NCBI GenBank assembly: GCA_964248365.1
Contig: CAXTYC010000003.1
Coordinates: 128,001 to 192,000 of the forward strand
DNA from: an uncultured Chroococcidiopsis sp.
GTDB taxonomy: Bacteria; Cyanobacteriota; Cyanobacteriia; Cyanobacteriales; Chroococcidiopsidaceae
Direction: 5' to 3'
DNA length: 64,000 nt
Position numbers and translations under genes: made by a program
Notes under the pieces: generated by a model
Database searches by the model: none
Seen by the model: only the letters and a program-made list of their open reading frames with translations
What the model was told of the DNA's origin: nothing
Shown: positions 21,439 through 30,819 of the stretch, piece after piece
How positions within the stretch are numbered: position 1 is the first letter of the stretch
Layout of the letters: each line of letters starts with the position of its first letter

Positions 21439-23820
21439 ATGCAAAATGACGAGGTAATGCTCCAATGTCCGAATGACCTGTGTATGGCAGCCAACCCCGA
21501 AAGTGACAAATATTGTGAGCGCTGTGGCACGTCCTTGATCCGGCGTTATTTGTGGGCTGTGTGTGAGGGAATTGAAACTTGCCCAATCGGAGAACTGGTA
21601 GCCGAGCGCTATTTACATACAAGTCATCGGATTTTTTTGGATACAAAACCAGGCTTACTACCCCAAATCCCTGACGAAGATAGTTTAAATGAGATTAAGC
21701 CGTATTTGCGATTGGTAACATATCGTCTACAAGTACCTCAAGCGTATGGATTGGTAACACTCGGCGACCCATTTGCTACAGAAATTTTGCTATTAGAGCA
21801 AGCGCCAATCTACACAGATACTGTGCCACAAATGGGGCAACTGATGCCCCATTTGCTCAGCGTTTGGAAACAAGCCTCTTCGCTGCGGCAGCTAAATTGG
21901 CTATTGCAGATAGCCAATCTGTGGCAACCACTGAGTTCTGAGGGCGTTGCATCTAGCTTGCTTAAACCACAATTATTGCGAGTAGATGGGTCATTATTGC
22001 GCCTGTTGGAGTTGCACTCGGATGAAGACAATGAACCGAATCTAAGCCAGTTAGGTCAATTGTGGTTGCACTTAGCAAGCGAAGCACAACCAAGTATTGC
22101 CTCTTTTATAGAACAGCTAGGAATTGCTTTGCAGCAAGGGGAAGTGCAAAGCGCAGAGCAATTAGTCGCGTTCTTAGATCGAGGGCTAGCTGAAGTTGGG
22201 TTATTTGCCTCCCGTAAGATCATTTACAGCACCTGCACTGATACCGGACCTAGCCGCCAGCGCAATGAAGATGCCTGTTATCCAGCAAGTGGTAGCACAA
22301 TCACTGTTCCGCCTCATCCAAAAGCGATCGCAATCGTTTGTGATGGCATTGGCGGTCATGAAGGAGGAAATGTTGCTTCTAATTTAGCGATCGCAACCCT
22401 CCAGCAGCAGATCGAGCAGCTGCCGCTAGACGATAGGAATTTAGACTCGATAAACCTCAGCATCGCCTTAGAACGCTTTGCTATTCTAGCTAACGATCAA
22501 ATTAGCGATCGCAACGACAAAGAAAATCGGCAGGGTCGTCAACGGATGGGGACGACCTTGGTCATGGCTGTCGCACATCGGCACGAAATGTATATTACTC
22601 ATGTGGGTGACAGTCGTGCTTATCTGATTACGCGCACAGGCTGTTATCAAATTACTCTAGATGATGATGTAGCTGCCCGCGAAGTTAGACTAGGGTATGC
22701 TGTTTACCGTGATGCCCTACAACAGCCGTCGGCTGGCTCTCTAGTGCAGGCGCTTGGGATGAGTGCATCTGTACATCCCACAATCGGACGGTTTGTGATT
22801 GACGAAGATTGTGTTTTTCTACTTTGTTCCGATGGGTTGAGCGATTTTGATCTGGTAGATTCTTGCTGGGAAACAGAAATATTACCTATCCTAGAAGGCA
22901 AACTTGATGTAGCTACTGCCACTAGGCAACTAGTAGAAATTGGCAACACTCGCAATGGACATGATAATATCACAGTCGCTTTAGTACATTGTATTGTCAA
23001 CACGGGTGAACCAGAAACGCCCTTGAGCTATTCGCATACTATGGGGACGGCTAGTTTTCAACAGGCAACTGTTTTACAGTCAAAGCCCCAGCCAATTTCA
23101 GATCCTGCGCTACAAGATACTCAGTTACTGCCACAAGAGCATAAAAGCAACCGTTATGTCAAGATGCTAGGCATCGGTTTGCTAGGTTTATTCATAAGTT
23201 TAGGTGGAGGGCTGCTGCTAGCGTATTTAGCTAAACAAGGGAAAATTCCAAATGGGGTTTGGTTCAATTTTGGTTCAATTGATGAAGGGCGATCGCCTGC
23301 ATCGCCCTCGCCAGCGACAGACACACCCGTACACACCCAGCCGATGTTTGTTGCTAAAAACAGAATTGTCTTAAATCGAACTGCTTCTGAGGCTCGTGCG
23401 ATGCCGAAGGCAAGGACATCCTACGCACCTGCTTCTTCCCAGCCCTTTAGTCCAATTAAAGGCATCCTACCAGCTGGCAGTGTGGTAGAAGTGCTGGGTA
23501 AAAAGCAATTTCAAGAGCAAGGTAAATGGCTGAATTTAAAAGTTGTGGATGTTTGCCCAAGTTCAGATTCTGGGCTAACAAATACAATGCCCTCGCCAGC
23601 ACTCGATGATTCTGCCCCAAAAACTCAAACAAGACAGCCTTCAAAGAGTGCTAATTCATTTGGTGCGACGGGTGCGCGTTTGCTGCAACAGGGAGAGTCA
23701 GCATGGATTGCTGCTGCTAATATTGAACAGGACTTGCTACCTATTACTGCTCTGTCAGCAGATCAAATGGAGCGCTGTTCTGATTTGACTCCCAAGACAG
23801 GTTCCAAATCCCCCAAGTAA
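21439..23820 (+). CDS. Membrane-anchored PP2C phosphatase with N-terminal Zn-ribbon and degenerate kinase-like region
   Basis: CPNDLC..CERC; PP2C motifs RQRNEDA, VCDGIGGHEGG, MGTTL, HVGDSRAY, CSDGL, GHDNIT; TM MLGIGLLGLFISLGGGLLLAYLA. Confidence 0.88.
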   Translation: MQNDEVMLQCPNDLCMAANPESDKYCERCGTSLIRRYLWAVCEGIETCPIGELVAERYLHTSHRIFLDTKPGLLPQIPDEDSLNEIKPYLRLVTYRLQVPQAYGLVTLGDPFATEILLLEQAPIYTDTVPQMGQLMPHLLSVWKQASSLRQLNWLLQIANLWQPLSSEGVASSLLKPQLLRVDGSLLRLLELHSDEDNEPNLSQLGQLWLHLASEAQPSIASFIEQLGIALQQGEVQSAEQLVAFLDRGLAEVGLFASRKIIYSTCTDTGPSRQRNEDACYPASGSTITVPPHPKAIAIVCDGIGGHEGGNVASNLAIATLQQQIEQLPLDDRNLDSINLSIALERFAILANDQISDRNDKENRQGRQRMGTTLVMAVAHRHEMYITHVGDSRAYLITRTGCYQITLDDDVAAREVRLGYAVYRDALQQPSAGSLVQALGMSASVHPTIGRFVIDEDCVFLLCSDGLSDFDLVDSCWETEILPILEGKLDVATATRQLVEIGNTRNGHDNITVALVHCIVNTGEPETPLSYSHTMGTASFQQATVLQSKPQPISDPALQDTQLLPQEHKSNRYVKMLGIGLLGLFISLGGGLLLAYLAKQGKIPNGVWFNFGSIDEGRSPASPSPATDTPVHTQPMFVAKNRIVLNRTASEARAMPKARTSYAPASSQPFSPIKGILPAGSVVEVLGKKQFQEQGKWLNLKVVDVCPSSDSGLTNTMPSPALDDSAPKTQTRQPSKSANSFGATGARLLQQGESAWIAAANIEQDLLPITALSADQMERCSDLTPKTGSKSPK
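23403..23423 (+). mobile_element. 21-nt SDR5-like element inserted in a HIP1 site, in frame within the PP2C gene
   Basis: GCGAT[GCCGAAGGCAAGGACATCCTA]CGC; two mini-hairpins; removal restores GCGATCGC. Confidence 0.75.
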
Positions 23821-23827
23821 ATAACAT

Positions 23828-23945
23828 GGTAAAGAGGTATTGCGGTAAAGAGGTATTGCGGTAAAGGATAAAGGTTGAAATTTCATACTTCTACCTTCAC
23901 ACTTCACACTTCACACTTCATAGTTGTTCTCTCCCTCTCCCACTT
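23828..23945 (+). repeat. Composite dispersed repeat (GGTAAAGAGGTATTGC x2 + GATAAAGGTTGAAATTTCA + CACACTT array)
   Basis: Same module order at 43510-43645 (minus) and 59273-59380. Confidence 0.8.
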
Positions 23946-24048
23946 TCCCCTGCTTTCTTCTAACTCCTAGTGCCTAAGACTAGATAAACTATTAAATTGA
24001 AACAGTTGCTCCTCGCAAAGCAAGTTTTTTTGATGTACATGATTGTTA

Positions 24049-25623
24049 ATGTCGCTGTCTGATATTCCTAGTTTGAATTTGGCGATCGCTCGTCTGCGCC
24101 ATACTGAGAGCGAAAATTTTGCTATCTGGGTGGTGAGAGCGCCCTATCCTGCTGGCTATGCTCACCATGACTGTGTGTTACCTGCAACGCTGATCCAATC
24201 TTGGCAAGATTGGCAATCAATGTTTGCGCCCCATACAACTGACTCACCTTTGAAGCGATTGCCACCCACTCCAGAACAGATGGCAACTCCTGGTGATAAA
24301 GTCAAGGGTGGTCGCTTGATGCAACATTTGGGGATTAGTTTGTGGCAATGGTTGTTTCAAGGAGCAATTTTAAATAGCTGGGAAAGAAGTCAAGGCATTG
24401 CGATCGGACAGGATAAACTGCTGCGGTTGCGACTAGATATTCGAGAGCCAAATTTAATTGCCTTGCCTTGGGAAATTATGCAGCCCCAAGCAGGTAAATC
24501 AGCCATCTCTTTAGCACAGCAAGTGCTATTTAGTCGTACTACCAGTGACGTTGAACCGCTTCCACCTCTATCTAAAAACCAGGGTTTAAATATTTTGCTG
24601 GTTTTAGGAGAAAATTCTACGTTGTCTGAACGCCTCCAGCTAGAAAAAGAAGCCCAGATACTCGAACAAACAATTAAAAGTTTTCAGCAGCTCAATTGGA
24701 TCAATGGAAAAAATCTAGCATCAGTTGGGTGTCAGGTAGACAGACTGCTGCAACCAACCCCAAAGCAGCTAATTTCACAGCTAGAAACTGGAGCGTACAA
24801 CATCTTTTTTTATGCAGGTCACGGTAGCCGCGCTGCTGACGGTGGTTTACTGTTCTTGCGACGAGAAATGACTATTAATGGTACAGAATTGGCACAGGTG
24901 TTAACACGCTCTCAGGTGGCACTGTGCGTACTCAATGCCTGTTGGGGGGCGCTACCAGCGTTTGAGCAGCAGCAGGCACTGCCGCGTAGTAGTTTGGCAG
25001 AGGTTTTGATTCATCATGGTGTACCAGCGGTTTTAGGGATGCGGGATGAAATTGCTGATGAAGAAGCTCTTAGCTTCATTCAAGCTTTTACTCAGGCTTT
25101 AGCGGGAGGAGTAGCAATTGATCAAGCAGTAGCGATCGCTCGACAACGACTACTAACAATCTACAAGTTTAACCACCCAGCCTGGACGTTGCCTGTACTC
25201 TATATGCATCCTGAGTTTGATGGAGAACTGCTAAGCGCCGAGCCGGACATTACACGATTACCAGATACAATTTCAGGCGTTGCACAACCACCTGTGACGG
25301 CAAAGTTGCGTTCTGTCTCAACTCCTGAGAAAGTCTGGCAGTGGCGAGATAGATTAGTGCGTGTGGGTCGCCATCCAGAAAATGATATTGTGATGGACGA
25401 ACTTTGGGTTAGTCTAAGACACGCTGAAATTTTCTGTCGTCAAGCTGCATTAGGTAGCACAACCTTTTTCCTCCGCGACAAGTCTCGCTTCGGTACTCTG
25501 CTTTCAAATTCCGATCAATGGCAAAATGTACACCAACAGGAGGTGCAACTACAATCAGGAATGCAGTTAAAATTTGGCAACCCTAAAGGCGAACCCTTCG
25601 AGTTCATCGTTGAAGGTGGATGA
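24049..25623 (+). CDS. CHAT (caspase-like) protease domain + C-terminal FHA domain protein
   Basis: ALPWE, catalytic dyad FYAGHG and LNACWG, VLGMRDEIAD, AWTLPVLY; FHA VGR..DI..VSLRHA; ATG 24049 (TTG 24043 in ORF track). Confidence 0.88.
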   Translation: MSLSDIPSLNLAIARLRHTESENFAIWVVRAPYPAGYAHHDCVLPATLIQSWQDWQSMFAPHTTDSPLKRLPPTPEQMATPGDKVKGGRLMQHLGISLWQWLFQGAILNSWERSQGIAIGQDKLLRLRLDIREPNLIALPWEIMQPQAGKSAISLAQQVLFSRTTSDVEPLPPLSKNQGLNILLVLGENSTLSERLQLEKEAQILEQTIKSFQQLNWINGKNLASVGCQVDRLLQPTPKQLISQLETGAYNIFFYAGHGSRAADGGLLFLRREMTINGTELAQVLTRSQVALCVLNACWGALPAFEQQQALPRSSLAEVLIHHGVPAVLGMRDEIADEEALSFIQAFTQALAGGVAIDQAVAIARQRLLTIYKFNHPAWTLPVLYMHPEFDGELLSAEPDITRLPDTISGVAQPPVTAKLRSVSTPEKVWQWRDRLVRVGRHPENDIVMDELWVSLRHAEIFCRQAALGSTTFFLRDKSRFGTLLSNSDQWQNVHQQEVQLQSGMQLKFGNPKGEPFEFIVEGG

Positions 25624-25721
25624 TTTTTTGCTTTTCTGTGTTCTACTTTCACAATTTAATTACGGAAATAGCTGTTTACGTAGTGTATCTACTCATACAG
25701 CGTTTTTCTTAAACTAGCATT

Positions 25722-26366
25722 ATGAGTTGCACAATGGCAAACGAATTCAATCAGACAGAAGCTAATGATGATAGTAGATCGCAAACCGAATTAGAACTTT
25801 TAGAGGCGCTGCTAGCTCCTGACGATCCTACCTACCCTTGGAACCCAGCTGATCGAGAAGCAGAAGCATATTTTGTGGAGCAGGAAGAGCAGTTTTTCCA
25901 GGGGGATTGGTCAGAATCAGAAATTACCGCCCGTTCTGACGCTTTTTTCTCTCAAATAGAGCTTCTTTGGAGTGAGACAGTAGCTCAATCCGAGGAAATA
26001 TCTGTAACAGATGTAACAAATATAGATCATCTTCAAGCCGACTTACAACAGCAATTTGCGGCTTACATTCCTCAAGGCTGGCTCGGCGCGATCGCTCACA
26101 AAGCATATCATGTTTTAACTGTGCAAAAATCAATGTCAGACAAGTTAGTGCAATGTGTGCAGGAGCTACTACCTAACTGGGCAGAAGATGACTTGCTAGT
26201 ACTAGCTCGACCTTTTGCTTACAGTATGCGAAATGCAGACACAACAGCAGTTGAATCTGTATTGGGTAATGCCGCAAGCGGGGAATGGGCAGCTTTATCT
26301 GAAATTGAACAAGCAAGGACTAGTTTAGCGATCGCCCGTTACGCCCTAGCTCAACTGCAAAAATAG
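25722..26366 (+). CDS. Acidic helical hypothetical protein, possibly PatU3-related
   Basis: 214-aa ORF co-oriented with CHAT-FHA; YPWNP, KLVQCVQELLP, YSMR, WAALSEIEQARTSLAIA. Confidence 0.8.
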   Translation: MSCTMANEFNQTEANDDSRSQTELELLEALLAPDDPTYPWNPADREAEAYFVEQEEQFFQGDWSESEITARSDAFFSQIELLWSETVAQSEEISVTDVTNIDHLQADLQQQFAAYIPQGWLGAIAHKAYHVLTVQKSMSDKLVQCVQELLPNWAEDDLLVLARPFAYSMRNADTTAVESVLGNAASGEWAALSEIEQARTSLAIARYALAQLQK

Positions 26367-26531
26367 GGATTAGGGGCGCTGGGGCTAGATTCAGTAACTA
26401 TATCTCAAATTCAAAATTCCTGGTTCAAAATTTCTTTGCGTCGAGGCGCGACATTAATCCAAATTGCCAAATCCGCCCATTAGATCACTCTCGCTGTTTA
26501 TGAGTGTGTTCTAGAACTGGATTTGCGATCG

Positions 26532-27845
26532 CTAGTGCGATCGCATAGGTGAAAGCATTCTTGCCTTGAGAATAGCTGCTGTCAAGAAAGCGTAGGACAA
26601 AACCCCAACTATCGCCAACAGCAAGCTACTAAATAGCCCTGTTGAATTCCATAAGGCGTGTAGTGCGGCGGCGCTAAAATATCCCACTGCTAAAATCCGC
26701 CAACGCTGACGAGGTTTGAGTACACTTAAACCAATAAAATAGCCAAAATACCCACTATCAGCCATATGTCCGGCAACTGATCCTAAAACTCTCGGAATCA
26801 GTAGCTGCAAACCAATAACTTGACTTATATTTTGCCCATCGGCAATAGCGTTCTGAGTAATCGCAGGTACATACTGTCCCAAAGTTTCTAACAAAGTAAA
26901 ACCCGCCGCCGAAGCTGTTCCCAAGAGAATACCATCTAGCGGTTCCCACACCCCAATACGTTCCCGCCAAGGAGAGTGTAGTCGTCGTCCCAAGAAATAC
27001 GCTCCCAGTACAGGTATTGCTTTGAGCAATTCCTCCATTAACCCAGCACCAATAAACATCCGCAACAGCAACTGGGGGAAGCTGACTGACATTGCTGCAT
27101 TGGGCAAGCTACCAGGCAGGATGTGGCGAAAGATAAAAATAAATACACGCAGGATCGGACTAAGCAACATCAAAACAGTCAACCCAGCACAACCGATTAG
27201 TACCCACCAAGGTTTATATTTGCCACATAGTTGATAAATAAAGTAGTATGCTGCTCCTGCTAGGTAAGTTGCTACTAGCAATGAGTTGACAACAGCAGAT
27301 TTACCTACTGTGGCAAACATCAGTACGACAAATATAACTGTGACAACGCCAGGGATAAGGTAAGCTTTGCGGACTAAATCTCGTCCGGTTGAGAGAATTG
27401 GAAATAGCTGAGAAAAACTAACCGCATGGTTCGCTTGAGGCGGTGTAGGATGAGATGGCAAGGAATTGATTTTAGATGATCGTTGAAAGGGTTGTTCGTT
27501 ATAGTGGCACTCGAAAATGAAAGAAGCGCCATTATCACCTAAAGTAATGCGATCGCCACAATGCATTTCTTGGCAACCTCGCAAGCGTTGCCCATTCAAA
27601 AAGGTGCCATTACTGCTATTAAGGTCACAAATTATCCAATTACTTAAACCTGCTTCCCTAGTCAGGCGAATCAAAGCATGACGGCGGGAAATGCCTAGTA
27701 GACTCGAATCTAAGACAATATCACATTCAGGGTTTCGCCCGATCACAACCGCTTGCGTGGTCAAAAGCGAATAGCGGCGTGAATGCTGCTTATTACCATA
27801 ACTAGGCAACATTTGCAACCACGCAGAAAGATTTTTTCCGGTCAT
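26532..27845 (-). CDS. FHA domain + PrsW-family intramembrane glutamic protease
   Basis: FHA IGRN..ISRRHA..NSSNGT; multiple TMs with MEELLK, GFTLLET, GHMA, LHALWN. Confidence 0.9.
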   Translation of the reverse strand: MTGKNLSAWLQMLPSYGNKQHSRRYSLLTTQAVVIGRNPECDIVLDSSLLGISRRHALIRLTREAGLSNWIICDLNSSNGTFLNGQRLRGCQEMHCGDRITLGDNGASFIFECHYNEQPFQRSSKINSLPSHPTPPQANHAVSFSQLFPILSTGRDLVRKAYLIPGVVTVIFVVLMFATVGKSAVVNSLLVATYLAGAAYYFIYQLCGKYKPWWVLIGCAGLTVLMLLSPILRVFIFIFRHILPGSLPNAAMSVSFPQLLLRMFIGAGLMEELLKAIPVLGAYFLGRRLHSPWRERIGVWEPLDGILLGTASAAGFTLLETLGQYVPAITQNAIADGQNISQVIGLQLLIPRVLGSVAGHMADSGYFGYFIGLSVLKPRQRWRILAVGYFSAAALHALWNSTGLFSSLLLAIVGVLSYAFLTAAILKARMLSPMRSH

Positions 27846-27998
27846 AAATCGGAAGTCAGGAGGAGAGGAGTTGTAGAGTCAGAAGTCAGGAGACAGAAGA
27901 CAGAATAGTTTTCATCTTGTCCATCTCCCCCTCTCCCACTCTCCCCATCTCCCCTGATTCCCCTTTGCTCTCTTATCCTGTCGTGGGTCTTTTGATTG

Positions 27999-28199
27999 TT
28001 AGCGATTATTAGCATTAGCATCGCGCACGGCTGCAAAGAAAAAGAAGACCGTTAGGGGGATGCTAATTGCCAAAATAATAGATGTGGTTATATTACCTAG
28101 ATCTGGGTTGCCAGAAGCAAGTTCAAAAATTGAACCAACTGCGGCGATCGCGGACACACAGGAACCACCCAAAAACAAACCGCTCATTGGTGTCATCAT
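27999..28199 (-). CDS. Small two-TM membrane protein downstream of def
   Basis: Two hydrophobic helices; GGAG upstream; 14-bp gap after the def stop. Confidence 0.75.
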   Translation of the reverse strand: MMTPMSGLFLGGSCVSAIAAVGSIFELASGNPDLGNITTSIILAISIPLTVFFFFAAVRDANANNR

Positions 28200-28213
28200 C
28201 TTGGTGGTTCTCC

Positions 28214-28777
28214 TTATGCTACAGGTTTGACAGCAGTTGCCGAAAAGCCGTGCTTAGCCAGTTCTTGAGCCAAAGCCAGTTTATTCTCTACTCGATCTAC
28301 AAATAGTACACCATTTAAATGATCGATTTCGTGCTGAATGCAACGAGCGAGTAAACTCGTAGCTTGTAAAGTCTGGGGACGACCAGACTCGTCTTTAAAA
28401 GTCACTTCTACCTTAGATGGGCGTATTACGTCTAGGTAAACCCCTGGAATACTTAAACAACCTTCTTGAGCCACACACAGATCTTTGCTGAAACTTTTAA
28501 TGGTAGGGTTAACCAAGACTAAAGGTGGATTAGCTGCATTGTCTGGTTCGCAGTCAATTACAATCAATTGTTTTTGTACTGCTACCTGGGGCGCGGCTAA
28601 ACCGATCCCATCGGCGCTGTACATACTTTGTAGCATTTCCCGTGCTAGCTGTCTGAGTTCTTGATCTACCTTGGCGACGCGCTTAGCAGGTTGACGGAGG
28701 ACGCGATCGCCCAAGAAATGAATATCCAACGGGGGATTTTTTAACTTTTTCTTTTCAACTAAAACCTGGGAATTCAT
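28214..28777 (-). CDS. def: Peptide deformylase
   Basis: GIGLAAPQV, EGCLSIPG, QHEIDHL; ATG 28777 preferred to 28876. Confidence 0.96.
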   Translation of the reverse strand: MNSQVLVEKKKLKNPPLDIHFLGDRVLRQPAKRVAKVDQELRQLAREMLQSMYSADGIGLAAPQVAVQKQLIVIDCEPDNAANPPLVLVNPTIKSFSKDLCVAQEGCLSIPGVYLDVIRPSKVEVTFKDESGRPQTLQATSLLARCIQHEIDHLNGVLFVDRVENKLALAQELAKHGFSATAVKPVA

Positions 28778-29001
28778 GCAGTTCTTACTCGCTTTGTCAG
28801 GGTATGTAACAAAATTGTTTTCTCTTGCTTTAATTTTATCAACCCTAGCTGCGAGAGCGGCATCAGATTCAAGCATCAGCCCAAACAGGAAATACTAGCA
28901 AATTATATTTATTATCTCTATCTTAGGTTAGATTTAAGTGAAGAAGTTCTAGATTTGATTACTAAAGCTTGTTTAGTCTATACAAGGAAGGAAAACAAAA
29001 A

Positions 29002-30444
29002 ATGTCTCAAAACCGTCTATCGACGGGTATTCCTGGTTTAGACGAAGTTCTAGATGGAGGTCTGATCCCAGGCAAAGCGTATTTGGTGCGCGGTGGACCT
29101 GGTACAGGTAAGACTACTCTAGGATTGCACTTTCTAGCCACTGGCGTAACCAATCGTGAAAAAACTCTATTTATCACTTTAGGAGAACCTGTAGAGCAGA
29201 TTCGCAAGAATGCTGCAAACCTTGGTTTTGAACCAGATAGTATTGCCTTTCTTGATCTTAGTCCTACGTCGGAATTTTTCACGCAAGTCCAGACATACGA
29301 CATTTTTACCCCAGCTGAGGTAGAACGAGAACCAACGACGCAGAAAATTATAGAGCAGGTAGAGACACTCAAACCACAGCGGATCTTTCTGGACGCTATG
29401 ACGCAGTTGCGTTATCTCTCCACTGATGCGTTTGGGTTTCGCAAGCAAGTGTTGTCTTTTTTGCGCTTTTTGGTCGAACAAGGCGCTACAGTCCTTTTTA
29501 CTGCCGAAGCTAGCGCCGAAGCGCCGGACGACGATTTGCAATTCATGAGTGATGGGGTGATTCACCTCACCTTTTCTACTTTGGAAAGAACCATTAGCGT
29601 CAGCAAGTTTCGCGGCTCCGACTTTCGCGCGGGTGAACACGCGATGCGAACAACTGGGACAGGAATAGAGATTTTCCCCCGTTTGATCCCAGAAGCATAT
29701 GGTCAAGAGTTTGCAAAAGAGGTAATTTCCTCTGGCGTACCTGAGCTAGACGAACTGTTGCACGGGGGTTTCGAGCGCGGAACTATCACCATTATCAGTG
29801 GTCCTTCTGGAGTCGGTAAAAGCACTCTGGGACTCCAATTCATGAAAGAAGCAGCGGGTAGAGGTGAGCGTTCAGTAGTCTATACTTTTGAGGAGTGGAA
29901 GGAAACTCTACTAAATCGTTGCCAAGCTGTCAACATTCCTGTCCACGCTATGATAAAACAGGGTACACTTTCGGTCGTGCAAATCGAACCCCTGCACTAC
30001 ACGCCCAGTGAGTTTGCTAACTTAGTGCGGGATGAAGTGGAGCAAAAAAAGACACGCATTATCATGCTTGACAGCATATCCGGCTACCGCCTCTCGCTCA
30101 GAGGTGATGATCTAGTCACCCATATTCATGCTCTATGTAAATATTTGCAAAATATGGGTGTGGCGGTGATATTGATCAACGAAGTGGAAGCTATAACAGG
30201 CGATTTCCGCGCCACCGAAGTTGGTATTAGTTACTTAGGGGATAATATTATTTTCCTGCGCTACCTGGAAATGCAAGGCGAGATCCGTAAGGTAATTGGA
30301 GTATTGAAAAAACGGATGAGTGACTTTGAAAAAACTCTGCGCGAGTACGAAATTACCCACTACGGCATCAAGGTAGGCAAGCCACTTGCTAATGTGCGCG
30401 GTATCCTCACAGGTAATCCAGAATTCTTTGAGTCTCCAAAGTAA
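29002..30444 (+). CDS. KaiC-like double RecA-domain ATPase (not the clock KaiC)
   Basis: Walker A GGPGTGKT and GPSGVGKS; FEE in domain 2; SKFRGS and LKKRMS; ISYL at the KaiC ST position; ATG 29002 with AAGGAAGG upstream. Confidence 0.9.
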   Translation: MSQNRLSTGIPGLDEVLDGGLIPGKAYLVRGGPGTGKTTLGLHFLATGVTNREKTLFITLGEPVEQIRKNAANLGFEPDSIAFLDLSPTSEFFTQVQTYDIFTPAEVEREPTTQKIIEQVETLKPQRIFLDAMTQLRYLSTDAFGFRKQVLSFLRFLVEQGATVLFTAEASAEAPDDDLQFMSDGVIHLTFSTLERTISVSKFRGSDFRAGEHAMRTTGTGIEIFPRLIPEAYGQEFAKEVISSGVPELDELLHGGFERGTITIISGPSGVGKSTLGLQFMKEAAGRGERSVVYTFEEWKETLLNRCQAVNIPVHAMIKQGTLSVVQIEPLHYTPSEFANLVRDEVEQKKTRIIMLDSISGYRLSLRGDDLVTHIHALCKYLQNMGVAVILINEVEAITGDFRATEVGISYLGDNIIFLRYLEMQGEIRKVIGVLKKRMSDFEKTLREYEITHYGIKVGKPLANVRGILTGNPEFFESPK

Positions 30445-30450
30445 GAATGC

Positions 30451-30819
30451 GTGAACGATAACCCTTTGATCCTAGCCCTCGATCACAACCAGCGAAACCT
30501 GGAACTACTGACCCAATTCTTGGGTAGGGAAGGATATCAAGTACTCGCAGTTAGTAGCATTGAGGAAATCGAGCAAGCTTTGATGCACTCACAAGAAATA
30601 GATTTGGCTTTGGTGGATATTGCAGGTTTTGATCGTCGGATTTGGGAGGTTTGCGATCGCCTACGTTTCCAAGATATTCCCTTTTTTGTCCTATCCCATA
30701 AACAAAATGTTGCCATTCAACAACAAAGCCTAGTTCACGGTGCTAGAAGTATGCTGGTTAAGCCACTAGTGATTAAAGAGTTGCTGGGGATTATTCGCAG
30801 CTTGCTAGGATCAACATGA
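30451..30819 (+). CDS. Single-domain response regulator (atypical REC)
   Basis: LALDHN..DLALVDIAG..FFVLS..LVKPL. Confidence 0.82.
   Translation: MNDNPLILALDHNQRNLELLTQFLGREGYQVLAVSSIEEIEQALMHSQEIDLALVDIAGFDRRIWEVCDRLRFQDIPFFVLSHKQNVAIQQQSLVHGARSMLVKPLVIKELLGIIRSLLGST

Noticed and set aside
23828..23866. GGTAAAGAGGTATTGC repeats as a CRISPR array
   Set aside because: Copies abut with no spacers, are only 16 bp, and no cas genes are present
29002..30444. Calling this the circadian kaiC
   Set aside because: No kaiA/kaiB neighbours, SY instead of ST, and a short C-terminus
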